Source of the DNA: an uncultured Acidobacteriota bacterium
GTDB lineage: Bacteria > Actinomycetota > Acidimicrobiia > Acidimicrobiales > SHLQ01
Assembly (NCBI GenBank): GCA_963732655.1
Contig: CAVTAI010000006.1
Location: forward strand, 34,306 to 98,305
Direction: 5' to 3'
DNA length: 64,000 nt
A program made the position numbers and the translations under genes. Shown piece by piece: positions 63,437-64,000 of this stretch (its first letter is position 1; each line of letters starts with the position of its first letter). The notes beneath the pieces were generated by a model, which was not told the DNA's origin, ran no database searches, and saw only the letters and a program-made list of their open reading frames with translations.

Positions 63437-64000
63437 CAATTCTCCGACCGGGCGACGGCGAGCACCGCTCGCATGCCATCGGCCAGCCGCCGGCACCACG
63501 CCGCGGCACGGATCTCGGCCTGGGTCGACGACGGCGCTTCGATCGAGATCGGCGCGGTCGTGCCCGAGGCGTCGAGAACCCGGATCAGCGAGCCGAGGTC
63601 GAACTCGCCGTCGCCCGGTGCCCGGCGGTTGAGGAGGCAGTCGGACCGGTAGTCGAGGTCCGGGTCGGCCTGGGCGATCGTGCCGTCGTTGAGCTGGATG
63701 GCGACGATCCGGTCGCCCGGTAGCGCGGCGATCTGATCCAGATCGCGGGCGCCCCGCTCGTGGTGCCAACTGTCCACACAGACGCCGCCGTTGGTGCGCC
63801 CGGCCGCGTCGACGACCGCGCCGGCCGTGCGGGCATCGGTCACCGCGGTGTAGGGCAGGTACTCGATGCCGACGGTGAGGCCGTGGGCGGCGGCCCGATC
63901 ACACAACGCGGCGAACCCGTCAGCGGTCGGCTCGACCCCGGGGGAACCGATGCCCTGGAGGTAACGGACACCGAGGGTGTCGGCCAGCTCGTAGGCGAGA
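63436..64000 (-). CDS. sugar phosphate isomerase/epimerase (xylose isomerase-like TIM barrel), partial; N-terminus lies beyond the window
   Basis: The frame stays open to the window edge (LAYELADTLGVRYLQ ... GIEYLPY ... DSWH). Confidence 0.7.
   Translation of the reverse strand, partial: LAYELADTLGVRYLQGIGSPGVEPTADGFAALCDRAAAHGLTVGIEYLPYTAVTDARTAGAVVDAAGRTNGGVCVDSWHHERGARDLDQIAALPGDRIVAIQLNDGTIAQADPDLDYRSDCLLNRRAPGDGEFDLGSLIRVLDASGTTAPISIEAPSSTQAEIRAAAWCRRLADGMRAVLAVARSEN

Noticed and set aside
1-64000. A search for rRNA, tRNA or other structured RNA genes.
   Set aside because: No intergenic region is long enough, and none shows cloverleaf-like or rRNA-like conserved segments. Almost the entire window is accounted for by protein-coding frames.

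Overview
GC-rich, densely coding segment that looks actinobacterial: it carries a mycothiol-type DinB isomerase, LLM/F420-type oxidoreductases and strongly G/C-biased third codon positions. I support about 60 protein genes. I found no rRNA, tRNA, CRISPR array, transposase or integrase. The window reads as an oxidative catabolic supercluster with these parts:
- five alpha-only Rieske oxygenases and three cytochrome P450s;
- many SDRs, two LLM oxidoreductases, a nitroreductase, a PPOX-like protein, SnoaL/NTF2 proteins and VOC proteins;
- an acyl-CoA dehydrogenase, two acyl-CoA synthetases and a thiolase-like/DUF35 pair;
- an acetoin-type 2-oxoacid dehydrogenase cluster (E1a, E1b, NAD-kinase-like, E2);
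- an ABC exporter and a sugar-type ABC importer;
- four TetR regulators and a SoxR;
- a ParD-like/zeta toxin pair.

The observations most worth a second look:
1. Two gene junctions have been tandemly duplicated so that short mini-ORFs chained by ATGA stop/start overlaps bridge the upstream stop to the downstream start (61.8 kb and 50.7 kb). Related junction arrays sit at 49.9 kb and 12.0 kb.
2. Three phosphohistidine swivel-domain proteins have no recognisable ATP-grasp domain. Two are rifampicin-phosphotransferase-like and one is a PPDK-like His-domain plus PEP-barrel protein with an extra C-terminal domain. Each lies next to a Rieske oxygenase and a TetR gene.
3. A textbook MerR-type promoter with a 19-bp spacer and a perfect 22-bp palindrome drives an apparently leaderless Rieske-fusion gene. 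The adjacent soxR carries a compensated double frameshift.
4. Two AT-rich operator-like word families recur in intergenic regions.
5. Indels are unusually frequent: about 11 indels affect 10 conserved genes, mostly in G/C runs. I cannot tell from the sequence alone whether this is assembly error or real gene decay.

All coordinates were anchored on the supplied ORF track. Start codons are the least certain part of the gene calls.
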